Assembly: GCA_050575255.1 (NCBI GenBank)
Contig: JBNZDD010013673.1
Span: 4,675,091 to 4,739,090 of the forward strand
DNA: 64,000 bases
Direction of reading: 5' to 3'
Source: Harriotta raleighana
Taxonomy: Eukaryota
Part shown: positions 38,485 to 51,857 of the stretch, piece by piece
Position numbering within the stretch: position 1 is the first letter of the stretch
Layout of the letters: the number at the start of each line of letters is the position of its first letter
Position numbers and translations under genes: made by a program
The notes under the pieces: generated by a model
Seen by the model: the letters and a program-made list of their open reading frames with translations, nothing else
What the model was told of the DNA's origin: nothing
Databases searched by the model: none

Positions 38485-38764
38485 TGTTGTTATATTCATC
38501 ATTACGCAAAGAACAAACATAATTTGTGAATTAATTCCAGGTTGGTGTGTAGGCAACTTGTTCTTCACTACTTTCGTTGCTGTAATGGGGTAACAGAACA
38601 TAACTTTGGGATTAAACCAGACTCATTCTGTACTATAACTGCGCAATATCTTAAAACAGTTTTTTTTTGTCTTTTGGCTCCTTGACTCCCTGATACAATG
38701 CTTATCATAAGGCTTCCACCTAGCACTGCCTGTTCTACCATCTGTATAATATTAGCAAACTATA

Positions 38765-39107
38765 CTCCTGTGGCTCAGTGGTTAGAGCACTCGCCTTACA
38801 TGCCTTACAAGCATGAGGCCTGTGTTCGAATCCAGGCAGATCAGGGCGAAACCTTGGGCAAGTTTCCTTACTCCACATGCCTAATAATAATCCCTCCAAA
38901 AAAAACTACAATAAGAAAATTGGTCATTTCAATCCATTACTGTTTGTGGGACACTGCTGTGCGCAATTGGCTGCCGCGTTTCGCCCACAAATATATACAG
39001 TCAATTCACTTTACAGTATATTCTGTGAAGCGCTTTGGGACGTTGATAAGATGTGAAAAGCGCTATATCAAATACAAGGATTATTATTATTATTATTATT
39101 ATTATTA
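38765..39107 (+). mobile_element. Full-length young tRNA-SINE with expanded (ATT)n tail
   Basis: Intact A and B boxes, CpGs retained, small duplication ccttacatg-ccttaca in the anticodon arm; ORF 38698-39114 is a by-product. Confidence 0.92.
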
Positions 39108-39786
39108 CTCCTAATTCTGTATGTTCAGTGCATCATGTTTGTCTTGGTGCCTATCTATTCAAATTGTATTTTTGTGCTCCCTACCACCCTGTCTATGCTG
39201 GTGCTCGCTTGTGCAGATATTTTCTATAATTCCATTGCCCTGCTTTTTCCTCCCCCCCACCAACCCCCCACCCCCACCCCAGTGGAGCAATTTACTATGA
39301 CTCTCTATTTCTCCGCTCTTCCTTTTTACCCTTTTATATCTTCATTCTTCAGGCATAGACTCACGGACCATATGAGACACTGCTCTCAGTGGGAAAGCGC
39401 ATTGAAAGTTCCACTCCATTTATTCTTCAACATTTATTGTTTTTTCATAAGGTTATGGCACAGCCTCTGAGTGCAGGATGCCACTCTGTGAATTAAACTG
39501 TAGAGACAAGAGATTGCATATGCTTTTGTGCATAGACAGAGCGAGATGGGTCTGCTTGAGCCAAAGAACACTAGCCAGGCGCCTCTCAGCAACAAATGCT
39601 AACTCCCTAGACAAATGTGAGCTGCCCAACATGCCAGTGCCAGATCCGTACGATCTGTGACAACTTTATCTTTGTGATCCAAAGTAGCATTCCAAGCTTT
39701 CAAACAGAGGTAAGGTTTCCAATGGGATATGAGGACTTCTATCTGAAGCAACTTGCTCAGCCATTACTGGCTGGTGAACCTCATCA

Positions 39787-40085
39787 CAGTGGCTGGAGCA
39801 CTCGCCTTGCAAGCGAGAAGTCTGAGTTGGATTTCAGGTCAGGGCGAAATTTGAGAAAGTTTCCTTACTCCACATGGCTGAAAATAATAATCCCTCAAGA
39901 AAAAAAGCAATAATAATTTGGTCACTCAATCCATGTTTGTGGGACACTGCTGTGCACAATTGGCCGCCGTGTTTCGCCCACAGATATACAACCAATTCAT
40001 TTTAAAATATGTTCTGTGAATCGCTTTGAGACATCTAGAAGACGTGAAAAGTGCTATAACAAATGCAAGGATTATTATTATTATT
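39787..40085 (+). mobile_element. tRNA-SINE
   Basis: Head, body and tail present. Confidence 0.85.
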
Positions 40086-40313
40086 TTGCTTTGATAAACT
40101 GAAGCGTTGTCAGCCTGGAACCTGAGTTTATGCCTCAACGTGGAACGTGAATTCGCAAGCCTCTGATCCAGAAGTTAGAGTGCCACCAAACTGGTCAAGT
40201 TGACAGAGAAAGAGCAGGAGATTGCTGAGTGCAAATTGGCTTCTTTGTTTGCTGCACAGTCACAATGAAACTACATATCTTAATTCATGTTGACATTAGA
40301 AATTTCAAGTTGA

Positions 40314-40666
40314 TTCCTGTAGCTTAATGAGCACTCGCCTCACAAGCGAGAGAACCTGAGGCAGAGTGAAGTGTTAGGCAAGTTTCCTTACTCCACAAAC
40401 GCAGCAATATATTGGAATCCAGTTTTGGGGATCGCTTTTCCGGGGGTAATAATCCCATCAAAATAAATTTTAAATATAATAAAAATGGTAATTTGGTCAC
40501 TTAATCAATCCATGGCTGCTTGTGGGACCTTGCTGTGGTCAATTGGCTGCTGAATTTCGCCCACAAAATATACAATCAATTCACTTTACAGTTATATTCA
40601 ATGAAGCACATTGAGAAGTCCAGAAGACAAGTCAAAGCACTATATCAAACACAAGGATTATTATTA
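40314..40666 (+). mobile_element. tRNA-SINE long subfamily
   Basis: Contains insert ...ggatcgcttttccgggggtaataatccc. Confidence 0.8.
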
Positions 40667-42088
40667 GCTGTAGAATCCTGACACTTCTCTCTTAATCGTT
40701 CCCTGATCAAGAGAAGTCGAGAATGCTTGGACTCATCAACAGGAACCCTGACTGTAATATAAAAGAATATAAAAGAATCTCTCCCAAGTTTTATTTGTTG
40801 AATTCTCAATGGAGAACTATAAGATGTGTGGTTAGAACATTCAGCGGAGCTCTTTCTGGTATTGGTTTTGAAGTGAGATTACTATACTGCAGGGGCGATT
40901 TGGAATGCAGAAGCTTAAAGTTCTACCTAGTGTTAGCTCGTAAAATCATTTGATCCTAAAATTGAAGGTGGTGTATATTTGTGCAAAATAGCGATTCTTA
41001 AACTTAAGCTTAATTTAGAATGTTTAAGAACCACACAAATGTGGTTTACAAATAAAATCCCAATTTTAGAAGTGATGTTCATCTCTCAGGCAAAATGGTC
41101 TTGCAGGCGAACATTATCAACATTAAGTGGTGGTTCAGTCGTCAGAAGTGTTCGGTAACCCTATAATTGCATCCTTAGAGTGGAGAGTCATGGTACATTT
41201 CTGCTCGGTATTGTATTTAATGATCCGATCCGATTGTGAAGCACAGACATAGACTGAGAACCACAATCCCACAAAGCATTTGAAGTTATATCAGCATAAA
41301 TGAGGAAAAATATTGTGCTCGATGATTAAAGGGCCGGAAACATTGAGCTATTTAGGAGGTGTTTAAGCAAACAAGTGCCACAAAGGAATACAAGAACAGG
41401 ATATATATTAAATATTTATTCAACTACCTTTTATAAAAGAATGAAAGGGAAATGATTAAAAACAGATATCAGCGGATGGAGAGACAAAAGCAGTATTCAG
41501 AATAATGCCTTGTCATTTAAGTAATACAACTGTAAATCTGTACATTAGACCAAGTGCGAATGTTTTGGCGATAAAACAAAAACATTAATATTGTAACTGG
41601 GAGTATGATTTTGAATCTTTGGTGTTGCCTTTGGCAATTCTTCTATATTGAGCTGTTGTTTTTGGCTGTGGGTTTCCATGGGCTTGACTTTAAAAAGAAT
41701 GCTAAGTGCTTTGGAGTGGCATTGATTTCTTTCATTAGCTCTGGGAAAATCAATGCATCGTACAATTATCTGGGAGTTTGTGTGAAAGCATGAATTTCAA
41801 ACAATATGCTGGCATTGAAGTCAAAGTGTTGGATTTGTCTGGCGGCTTGACACCCAGACATTACCTGGAAGAACCTTTGCACTGGAAGAGAGGCTTACTG
41901 TGTTACTGCAAGAGCTTCCCAGCTGTGTTCACTTCGCTTAAGGGGAAAAGAATATGATCAATGCTGGTCCAGTCTGTATGCATTACAGTTTGAGTCAGCT
42001 CTGTGCTTCACTGGGCCTATTGTCCTTAAGGTTCTTTCTTTCTTCCTCGTTAATACTCTTTAATGTAGTTTATGTTGATAGGTAACAG

Positions 42089-42445
42089 ATAATAATAATA
42101 CTAATCCTTGCATTTGATATAGTGCCCTATCAAGTCTTCACAGAATATACTATACAGTGAATTTACTCTATATTTTGTGGGCAAAATGCAGCAGTCAGCC
42201 AATTGCGCACAGCGATGCTTACAAACAGTCGTGGATTGAACTGACCAATTTATTGTTGCTTTTTGAAGGAATTATTATCCTCGGAAAAGCGATCCACCAA
42301 TCAACTAACAACTGGGTTCCTATTTACTGCTAGGAAAACAAAAGCATGTGGTTTACGGATACTTGCCCAACATTTTGCTCCCCAGGAATCGAACCCAGGT
42401 CTTTCACTTGCGAGGCGAGTGCTCTCACCACTGAGCTACAGGACT
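42089..42445 (-). mobile_element. tRNA-SINE long subfamily, full length
   Basis: Tail to head, with insert ggaaaagcgatcc...gggttcctatttactgctagg. Confidence 0.85.
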
Positions 42446-42464
42446 TTGCTTTTGCTGTCGGATT

Positions 42465-42790
42465 TGTAGGGCGCCTTTCATGTCGGGTGGATGTCCCAAG
42501 GAGCTGGACAATCAGTGTTTCGGACCTGAGCTGCGGGTTTTTTAAGGGAGGGTGGAGGGCAAAAGGGGAAGGAGTATGATTGAAAACGAGGGTCACGGTC
42601 AAAGAGTAGTGCTTGAGATGGTTCTTGAAGGAGGCAAGGGAGGGGACGAGACAGAGGGACTGTGGGAAGGAATTCCAGAGGGTGAGAGGAGAGAGGCTGA
42701 AGGCTCACCGGCCAATGGTGGATTGGGTGAGGTGGGGCACTGGGGACCACGGGCTGCAGAGTTCTGAACTGATGTGAAGGTTCTGAACTG
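42465..42790 (-). mobile_element. L2 3' fragment
   Basis: gcgcctttcatgtcgggtggatgtcccaagg...ggaattccagag. Confidence 0.8.
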
Positions 42791-45700
42791 GAGCTCTACT
42801 GGTTGACCTGGTCTAATCTGAAAAGGGAAAAATAAAAGTCTGTGGGGAAATGGCAGGAGAATTGAATTAAGTAAATATTTCTTTCGATGGGGCATGGTGC
42901 GGTGAAGGTTCTCTTTGTTTCTCTGTGAGCTGTGGTTTGTGCCGGTGCTCTGCTGATTTGTTGTTCAGCAACAAAACATTTACAATTGGAAATCATAGTG
43001 CTCTTTGCTATTCTCAGGTTGCAAATTAAATTGGGATTTTGCAAAAGTTGTTTTGCTTTCCAATCTTTTATCAGATTTTAGGGGCCTTGTCTTGGCTAAT
43101 AAATGTCAAGAAAGTGAACTATTGTCCTCATTAATAATAATAATCCTTGCAATTGATATAGCGCTTTTCATGTCTTCTAGATGTCTCAAAGCACTTCACA
43201 GAATATACTGTAAAGTGAATTGACTGCATATATGTTGGCAAACACTGAAAACCCACAAACTACTTGTCTACCTTGTACACTCATCAGTACTAGTTACCAC
43301 TACTTAGAAATATTGTTAAACTGGGGACTAAACAGCAGCAACAACAACAGCAAAATTCCATTTCTAGAGCACCTTTAATGTCAGGAGGATGTCCGAAGGC
43401 GCTAAACAATCAGGTCAAGACCCGAGCAGGGGGGGGAGGGTCGGGGTAGGGGGAAGGGGAAGGCGAGTAGGAGAGGGACAAGAGTTAGGAGGAGAGTTAT
43501 TTGGGGAGTTAAACAAACTAGTTACTTGTACTTGCACTGGAAGAGAGGAGTGTAGCGTTGGACAAAATGAATTGTGGCAGTGCAGACTTGAGCCAAATGA
43601 CCTAAATATCCTGCTGCTCTATGACTATAACAATGTCAGGATAGTCTCCACTTCCTGTCTACCTTCAGCGCTTGCAACAGTAATCTATTGTTAATACAAT
43701 GGACCCCATTGTGGAATCTAACCCTAAGTCAGGACTTTGAACAAAGTGTAGGCTGACACTCCAGTGCAGTGCTGACAATTGCATTGTTCCATTGCAGAGA
43801 TGCTGTCCTTTGAATGAGATATTAAACCGAGGTCACCAAGGGCCTGTTCAGGTTGAAGTTAAAGATCTCATGGTAATAATCCTTGCATTTTGATGTAACC
43901 CCTTATTATGCCTTTGAAATGTCTCAAAGCGCTTCACGGAATATACTATAAAGTGAATTGACAGTATGGGCGAAATGCAGCAGCCAATTTCACACACCAG
44001 TGTTCCACAAACAGTCCTTGATTTAAGTGTTACTAGTCAATAAAAAAACACAAAATTTCTCCTGATATCCTGGCTAAATTTTATTATTACATTATTCTTA
44101 TTTATTATTACAACCCGACAGATAATAATTGAGCATTCACCTTCTGTCTGTTTGTGGGTCATTGCTATCATTCTTCTACAAAATGCATAATCATTACACT
44201 TTACGGTACATCCTGTGAGGTGCTTTGAAATATCCTCCCAATGTAAAAGGTGCTTTATAACAAATGCAAGAAATAACATTAATATTACTGCAATTTATTA
44301 CCTCTACCCAAGAAGAGAGTGGCTTCCTTCCTCTCCTGGGACAGTTTTTACTGCTGAAAGTAACATGCTGCCAGACACATCTCACTTTAGATATGGGTTA
44401 ACTGCATTCATTATTCATCACCTTCCATTGCATCTCCCCACCACCGCCCCTCCCACTTCAGTTTTAATTTCATTATTGTTATTTTTTAAGGATGTTCCCA
44501 GCACAGTTTGCCTACCCAACATTCTATGTTATTACATGTAAGTTTGTTATTTGATTATAATTAATTACATACATCAATTCTTTAATTAATTCATTTTTTC
44601 ATGATGTTATTTGTTTAGATTCCTCCCTTGTGATTCAGGTGGAGGCAAACTTCTCTTTTCTAAACAAACACTGAGTTTGTCTCTCAGTTTACATTCCTTT
44701 GGTGGAGGGCAGGGAGGATGGCTGAAGGAGCAGTCGAAGAGGAGGGTCTTGAGGAGGCAAAGGAGGGAGTTAGGTGAAGGGACTGTGCAATGGAGTTCCA
44801 AAGATAGGGTACATTTCAATAAGCATTGGCTGCATCTCGAACACTCCACTTAAGAAATTATGTTTTGGGTGTGAGCTTGGCTAGTGAGTGTTTGTTATAT
44901 ACTCATGATGGAGGTGGGAGTGAGAGACAGATCCCAGCCAAAGTTGATCCTGTCCTCAGGACACCGACATGCCACTTTCTATCAGCAGATCCCATGATAG
45001 CAATTAGGAATGGGAACCTCAACTGATGTTTTTCTGCTGTTTCAGCGCCTTGGGGCATCCTCCTGACGTGAAAGACGCCACACAAGTGTAATTTTATTGT
45101 TGTTGTTGTTTTCTCCTCTAAGCTTTGCGATGCTGAGATCAATTGTAGCATTAATTCCTGGGACCTTCCACGTTTGTCTGGTTAAGAATGAACTTTCTTT
45201 AATATAGAAATAGAACCCAACAACTATGCACACAGAAATGTTTCATAAGCAGGTGTAAGGTGAATGACAAATTTATTTGGAGGGTTGTTGGTCATCTACT
45301 TGGCTAACATGGATAAATGTGAAGGAATTAATTTTGGGAGGAAAAATAAAGAGAGGCAATATAAGCCAGAGGGTAGAATCTTAAAGGGGTAGAATCTTCC
45401 ACTGGTGATTGTGTCAGTAACTTAAGGACAGGCACTATGCCTGTCCTGTGGCTCGTCAAGACTACACAATATCCATAAATAAATTGTACGTGTCAAGCAG
45501 CAGTCGGATTCTGGCATGTTGCAGAGAAGCTGTGGTTGTGGGACCCATTTGCCTGGCTCATTCCCAGTCAGGGCACAATGGCCTCTTATGTGAGTCTATG
45601 AACTTTGAAGAGTTAGAGATTGGGCGACAGGACATTGCAGGTATATAAGAATGCCTGGGTGGCAGGGGAGGGTTAAAAGTAAAGTCGTAATGACCAGACT

Positions 45701-46829
45701 CTGTAGTAGTCTGCCCCTGCTTTTGTCTACCTCAAACAGGTGTGATTAGGGAATGCTAAAAGCATTCTTGTTCCTTTTCTTGTCGTTGAGAGGCTTTCAA
45801 CTCTTAAAAGATGAAAGAAATGGGTGTTTTTTCCCCAGTTGGGAGATTTGCAGACCCCTACTTGGTTAAGGACATGTCCTTTCATTCTTGCTTCAATTGC
45901 ACCAGAGACCAAAGGTACAGCACAATGGGAGCTGTGATCACCTGACCAGCACCACAATAGTCACCACCTATTAGCTGAAAATTAATACTCACGGTATTAT
46001 TTTTCCCGAACTCTCTCCGGTCCCACTCGAAACTAAATTGGAACTGTGAAATCCTGCCGCAATAGACCCTGGACTTCACAGTAACGTTTACTATGGAGAA
46101 GAAAGCTCCCACATTATTAATCCTTTATAATCCACAACACCTCCACCCTCCTCCCCCGATCTCAAAAGAACATACATCAAAAACAATCCTTTGGGACAGG
46201 CAGGGTGTGTGGGAAAGAACATCTGCACAGCTACAGTATCGCGTTTGTCTAATAATTTTGCTTCTGATGCATCTCAAAATGTTGATTTGCTCAACAACAT
46301 CAAGAAAGACGGTTGCTAATTCAGAATCTTAGATTAATTAATTTACGTTTAATTATGGTTCATTTGATATTTTGATTGGCTGTTTGTGTTTTAATCCGAT
46401 TATTAATCCAATATTAAAATGCAAGGAAACCTGATCATACAAGGGAACTGGAGTAAACTCAGCTCAGGACTTGGTTTAGACTATGAGTTTCTGATACCTG
46501 AAATTCCATATTGTCTTACATTTTAAGACCATTTTGTCATCAAATTTAAGATGAATTCCATAAATTTAAACTATAATAATGCTCTTTTTATGTAATACAT
46601 TTATTGGTGCAAGCCAACTGTTATTCTGCTTTGTTAACGTCAGAACTAAGATGGTTTGCCTAATTAGAAGATTAGCTGTAGTATTATATCTTTTTAAGAA
46701 TATTAAAATTTAAAAATAAAGAGGCACTGTAGATACTATAGACACTGTATTTAGAATAGAATTAAGCATTCAAAGATAGAGGACAGAAAGCAAAGGGTAA
46801 GAAGTCTTATAAAATAGTTTTTTTTCACG

Positions 46830-47160
46830 ATGCATAGATGATTAAGGGGTGACCTGATTGAAATCTTTAAAATGAACAGTGATAAATTGTTCCTGCCGAT
46901 CAGCAAGTCAGTAATAAGAGGGCACAAATTTTAGATAATCACAGAAAAGAACTTTGCATCGGGAATGGTTGTAATGTACAAACAAACCATCACTGGAGTG
47001 GAATCCATTCAGTATTTTTAAAGGAAATAAATAGCTCGTTGAAAAGGATTATTAAATGGTGTGGGGAATGAAGGGTGGAAAACTAGATGGCTCATTCGGA
47101 GACTAATACTGGTGCAGATTTGATGAGTTTATTAGCCAATTTCCATTCTGTAATCTACGA
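46830..47160 (+). mobile_element. Old CR1 3' remnant
   Basis: ttaaggggtgacctgattgaaatctttaaaatg (LRGDLIEIFKM) and agagggcacaaatt. Confidence 0.65.
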
Positions 47161-47897
47161 TTGAGAAGGGGTGCTGAGAAGGGGTGAAAGGCTCTCTAGT
47201 CATGCTCATCTCTTCAAGGAGAGTAAGGTCCCAATGCAAGTCAAGATAGTGGCATACAAAACATGCATGTAAACAATCCTTGTTTATTGATTGGAGCTCC
47301 TAGGGATGTAATGCAGAGGCTTTCTCTGATCCATCTGAAAAGTCCAGGATCAAGCAGTGAGGTGGATTTGTGGCAAACATAGAAATGGACTACAAGGAGG
47401 AAGGGCTCTGGCCTACACTGATCTGTTACGAAGCACTTGTCGAACAACCAAGTTGTAATTATCCTCTGGGGAGTAAGCAGGGTCTCCTTGGAGCAGAACT
47501 GGCTCCTCTATAAGGGAATTAGAAAAGAAAAAAGTTTGTCTTGTACTAGTCTGCTTTGGGTTAAACTGGTTCTAATATTGGGACAAAAAACGATAATAAA
47601 TTAATTATTTTCAATTCTCGATTGATTGTGGGACACTGCTGTGCACAATTGGCTGCCGCATTTCTTCCACAAATATACAGTCAATTCACTTTTACAGTAT
47701 ATTCTATGAAGTGCTTGGAGACATCTAGAAGAAGTGAAAAGCGCTATATCATTATTATCATTTCTTCCAATTTCCCGGGTGATTTATTGAGCCAGCCCCC
47801 TGTGCGGTCTCTGCAGTCCAGTTCTTAAATCAGGAGGGTTCACAATGCTCCAGAGCAGTGCTGTTGACAGCACAGCTGGCCTGATTCATTGCATTAC

Positions 47898-48210
47898 CTG
47901 GAGGAGCAGACCAGTCACCGGGCCACACCTCTGATCCAGAGGCGAGAATGCGACCAACTGAGCCAGACCAAAACACCATATAATTCTCGCAATTTAGAGA
48001 GCTAGAAACACCAGAATCCTGCTCATGGCCATTCTAGCAAATTTCTAACTGANTCTGGAGGAGCAGAACAGTCACTGGGCCACACCTCTGATCCAGAGGC
48101 GAGAATGCGACCAACTGAGCCAGACCAAAACACCATATAATTCTTGCAATTTAGAGAGCTTAGAAACACCAGAATCCTGCTCATGGCCATTCTAGCAAAT
48201 TTCTAACTGA
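47898..48210. repeat. Tandem duplicate of about 155 bp across a single N (48053); likely assembly or haplotype artefact
   Basis: The two copies differ by a few substitutions and a 1-bp indel. Confidence 0.85.
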
Positions 48211-49195
48211 TCCCCATGGGGATAGTGCGTGAAAGAGCATCCTTGGAAATCCCACTATTTACAGACACTCTTGGTGTCTAAGGACCTGTTCAACAGAAAG
48301 CCAACCACTGTGGAGATAAGATCGCTTCTGGAGATTTCCTGGGGGGGGGGGGGCACGGTCACGTCAAGTTGAGTGCAAAGGTCAATCTAATATTACTGAG
48401 TGTGTGTGTATGGGAAGTAGGAATTATTGTGTGGGTAGTGTTGAACAAAAGGATTAAAGCAGTACAATCAGTTGTAAAAATCAGGCTTGTTTTTCTGGGA
48501 TAAGGAGAATTAATTGACTAAGGAGCACCCCTGATAGTTTTGTGGATAGAACTGCAGCTTTCAGACTCGTTGATCACTGCTTTGAATCTTGGTGCAAACT
48601 GAGTTTCCTAGACTCGGCCAGCCATGGCTCAGTTGGCCCCGGCCCTCTAGACAGCCAGAGTTCTTGCTCCTGGCTGTTTCAACCCACCCTCTATTTGTTG
48701 TGTGTGTATGTGTGTGAGTGAGTGTGGCAGATGAGATGGCAGATTCCTTTACTTTGCTCCAACACATTCAGCAATAGTTGGCAAGATCCTGACAGGCTCA
48801 CACATGGGGGTGGCTGAAAAGACGTGTAAAGCGCTATATCAAATGCAAGGATTATTATTATTTCTTCCAACTTCCTGGACGATTTATTGAGCCAGCCTCC
48901 TGTGCAGTCTCTGCAGTCCAGTTCCTGAGTCAGGAGGGTCCACAATGCTCCAGAGCAATGCTATTGACAGCCCAGCCAGCCTGATTCAGTATATTGGGGG
49001 TTACTGAAGGGCAACCAGGAGCTTGCAAACCAAAGCCCTAATGGGTTGGTGGTCATTACTTGTCAAGCATCAGGAAGCTTGCCAATGTTCATAGTTGCAC
49101 GCTGCGTAGTGTTAGCTGATTATACTCCAGCACATGCTGGGATCTCGAAGATTTGGCTCTTGTGGAGGTTTAGGGAATATCAACAATCAACTTGC

Positions 49196-49390
49196 GTTTA
49201 AATAGCACCCTTCATGGCGGGCGGCATCTCAGAATGCTTGAAGCAGAAAGATCCCCCCGGGAGAGGATGTGCACTTCAAATCAGACAAATGAAAACCGTN
49301 GTTTAAATAGCACCCTTCATGGCGGGCGGCATCTCAGAATGATCCCCCCGGGAGAGGATGTGCACTTCAAATCAGACAAATGAAAACCGT
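49196..49390. repeat. 104/90-bp tandem duplicate across N (49300); likely haplotype artefact
   Basis: Second copy lacks the 14 bp gcttgaagcagaaa. Confidence 0.85.
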
Positions 49391-49802
49391 ATATATAAAT
49401 ATATATATGGAATTAATAATAATAATAATCCTTGCATTTGATATAATGCTTTTCACATCTTATCGACGTATCAAAGTGCTTTACAGAACACACTGTAAAG
49501 TGAATTGACTGTATATTTGTGGGCGAAATTCTCAGCTTGCTGTGGCTACTCTTGATCACGGTGATGGGTTGCTGCAGGAGCCTGACCAAAACAATACATT
49601 TTGAATTGCCTCCAGAAATCGGCTTGTACCAGGAGGCAGTGATAAGCAGCATTATGGTGGAACATTGATTATCTACACATGTTCATCAAAGCTGAAACAT
49701 GGAAGTCAAATTGGACAATGATGTCAGTGAAGTTAATTGTGCACATGTAATCAGATTTGCAATTTAACTAAGCAGGAACAAGATGGAGCGATCTGATGTA
49801 AG

Positions 49803-50440
49803 TAACAACAACAACAACCTGCACGTATATAGCACCTTCCACACCGGATGGTATCTCATGGCGCTTACTAGCGGTAGAGCCTGACTCCGAGCCTGGCAGT
49901 GGGAGGGCGGTTGGGGAGACATGGCCATAAGCACTGTCAAAGAGAAAGGTTTTCAGGCAGAACTTGAAAATGGGAGAGGGAGACAAGGCGGAGGGATTGA
50001 GGGAGAGTGTTCCAGAATTTGAGGGCATGATGGCAGAAAATGTGATCTCCAATGGTGGGGCGGAGGAGGCGAGGGACAATCAGAAGGCCGATGATGATCG
50101 AGTGGAGGTGCCGGGTAGTAGTTTGGGGAGTGAGGAGATCCGAAAGAAAGGAAAGTGCCAAGGAGGGAGTGGATTTGAACACACAAGTTGATCCATTCAG
50201 TGATGGGAAGCCAGTGGAGCTTGAGCTAGAACTGGTGAGATGTGGGTACGGAGTTGGTTCAAGTCAATATGCGGAGGGCCAAGTCCTGAATCAGCTGAGC
50301 TTGGGAGACTGGGGAGGAGCATGTTGGAATAATTCAAGCAGTAGGTGATAAATGCAGGTGTGAAGATTCGGGTGCCATTGGGATAAGGTACAGTCGGAGG
50401 CAGGCAATGTGGTGGAGGTGAAAGGAAGTGGTCCTTCATT
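49803..50440 (-). mobile_element. L2 3' fragment
   Basis: ORFs 49768-50079 and 49937-50182 are L2-like (PTIG..FWNTLP; FKFCLKTFLFD); (CAA)n tail. Confidence 0.85.
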
Positions 50441-50656
50441 ATGGAAATAGATGTTACGAGAGTTTCACACAAACACATAGGTAGAGAGAGCCACATACAT
50501 ATACACACAGATACAGAGAGAATCAATGTATCTAATACCTTCAGTGTTTTAATCTCTCCAATGGGGCCGGGCTCGATTGGGACAGGTATCAGCCTCTATA
50601 CTGTTCTTGCCCTCTCTCCTCTGTCCTATAGGGGGCTTCAACAGTTCAACCATTCT

Positions 50657-50752
50657 AGTTGTGACCGGGTCACATCTGAAACGTTAGCCTATCTTTTTCT
50701 CCTTCAGAAACTTCTTGAACTACAGTGAACATTACAACACTTTCTGTTTTTT
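50657..50752 (+). mobile_element. Degenerate Penelope 3' end with decayed hammerhead motif
   Basis: agttgtgaccgggtcacatctgaaacgttagcct...ctttctgttttt is colinear with the end of the 37429-37533 element. Confidence 0.5.
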
Positions 50753-51857
50753 TTATTTCACTCATTAAGGATATTTACTTGAAAAGATAAAGTGTTTTCA
50801 ACTACAAAAAGCCTTGATTTTAATTGGGGATTAGTAAATAGGGAAGGCTTGATTGCTCAATTAGAACCAGATGTTGAAATCACTGTTGCCTGATAGCACG
50901 CTGTAAATGTGCTGAAACTTTCACTGAAGTTTGTTGAGCAAGCTACACTTGTGTTGCTATTGAGAGGGGTGATGTTTGCATTTTTTTACACTGTGTCAGC
51001 ATCTGACTATTCTCACATCAGGTATGGTTTAGAAGTATCAGCTCATGCCGCACTGATGTGATATTCTTTCAGGATGCAACCGAGTGTGAACGCCAAGCGA
51101 AAATAATTTATTTGGATTTAGAAAGATAATATTCCATATGTGCAGCTGTGGAAACCTTTTCAAACAAGGTTTGAGGTTCTTGGAATTAATGGAAGAGTTA
51201 TTGAATTTATTTTTGAATATTGTAATATTAGAAATATAATACAAAATTGAACTATCTGAAGGACTTCAGAGGTAACTTTGAACCATCTAAAGTAGGTAAT
51301 ATTAATCATTGCATTAGTTTCAGCACCTTATCACATTGTTGAGATGTCTCAAAACACTTCACGGGTTATAACTATAAAGTGGATTGACTGTATTGTTCGG
51401 GCGAACTGCGACAGCCAGTTTGTGCACAGCAATGTCCCACAGATAGCCATGAAGTGAGTGACCAATTTGATATTTTACACTCATGATGTTAAGTTTTATT
51501 ATTTTTATATTTTATGATTGCTGATTTTATAGTGTGCGCACACTGACAGCTATGTTTTGCCCATCAGGAGAAACTTCCTTCTCTTTTCGTACAATGCAAT
51601 TGGATCTTTAACTTCCACTGAACCGGCAGACAAGACTTTGTTTTAATGTCTCATTCGAAGGACAGCACCTCCAACAATGCAACATACCCCTAGCACTGGA
51701 TTGGAGTGTCAGGTTAGTCTATGTGATTCCAAGTCCTGACATGCTCCTTAAATCCACAACTTTCTGACTCAGGCAAGAGTGCTGCCAGTGAGCCAAACTG
51801 ACACACTAAATTTGTAAGGAAATGTTGTAGCCAATTTATACAAGGTAAAATCCTACA

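Noticed and set aside
38765-38840. tRNA gene (also at 2246, 20468, 27400, 29360 and 60590)
   Set aside because: D and anticodon arms are present but the acceptor stem does not close, and each continues into a SINE body
47898-49390. Tandem duplications as real biological repeats
   Set aside because: Each pair is joined by a single N and differs by allele-like SNPs or indels, typical of uncollapsed haplotype or contig overlaps
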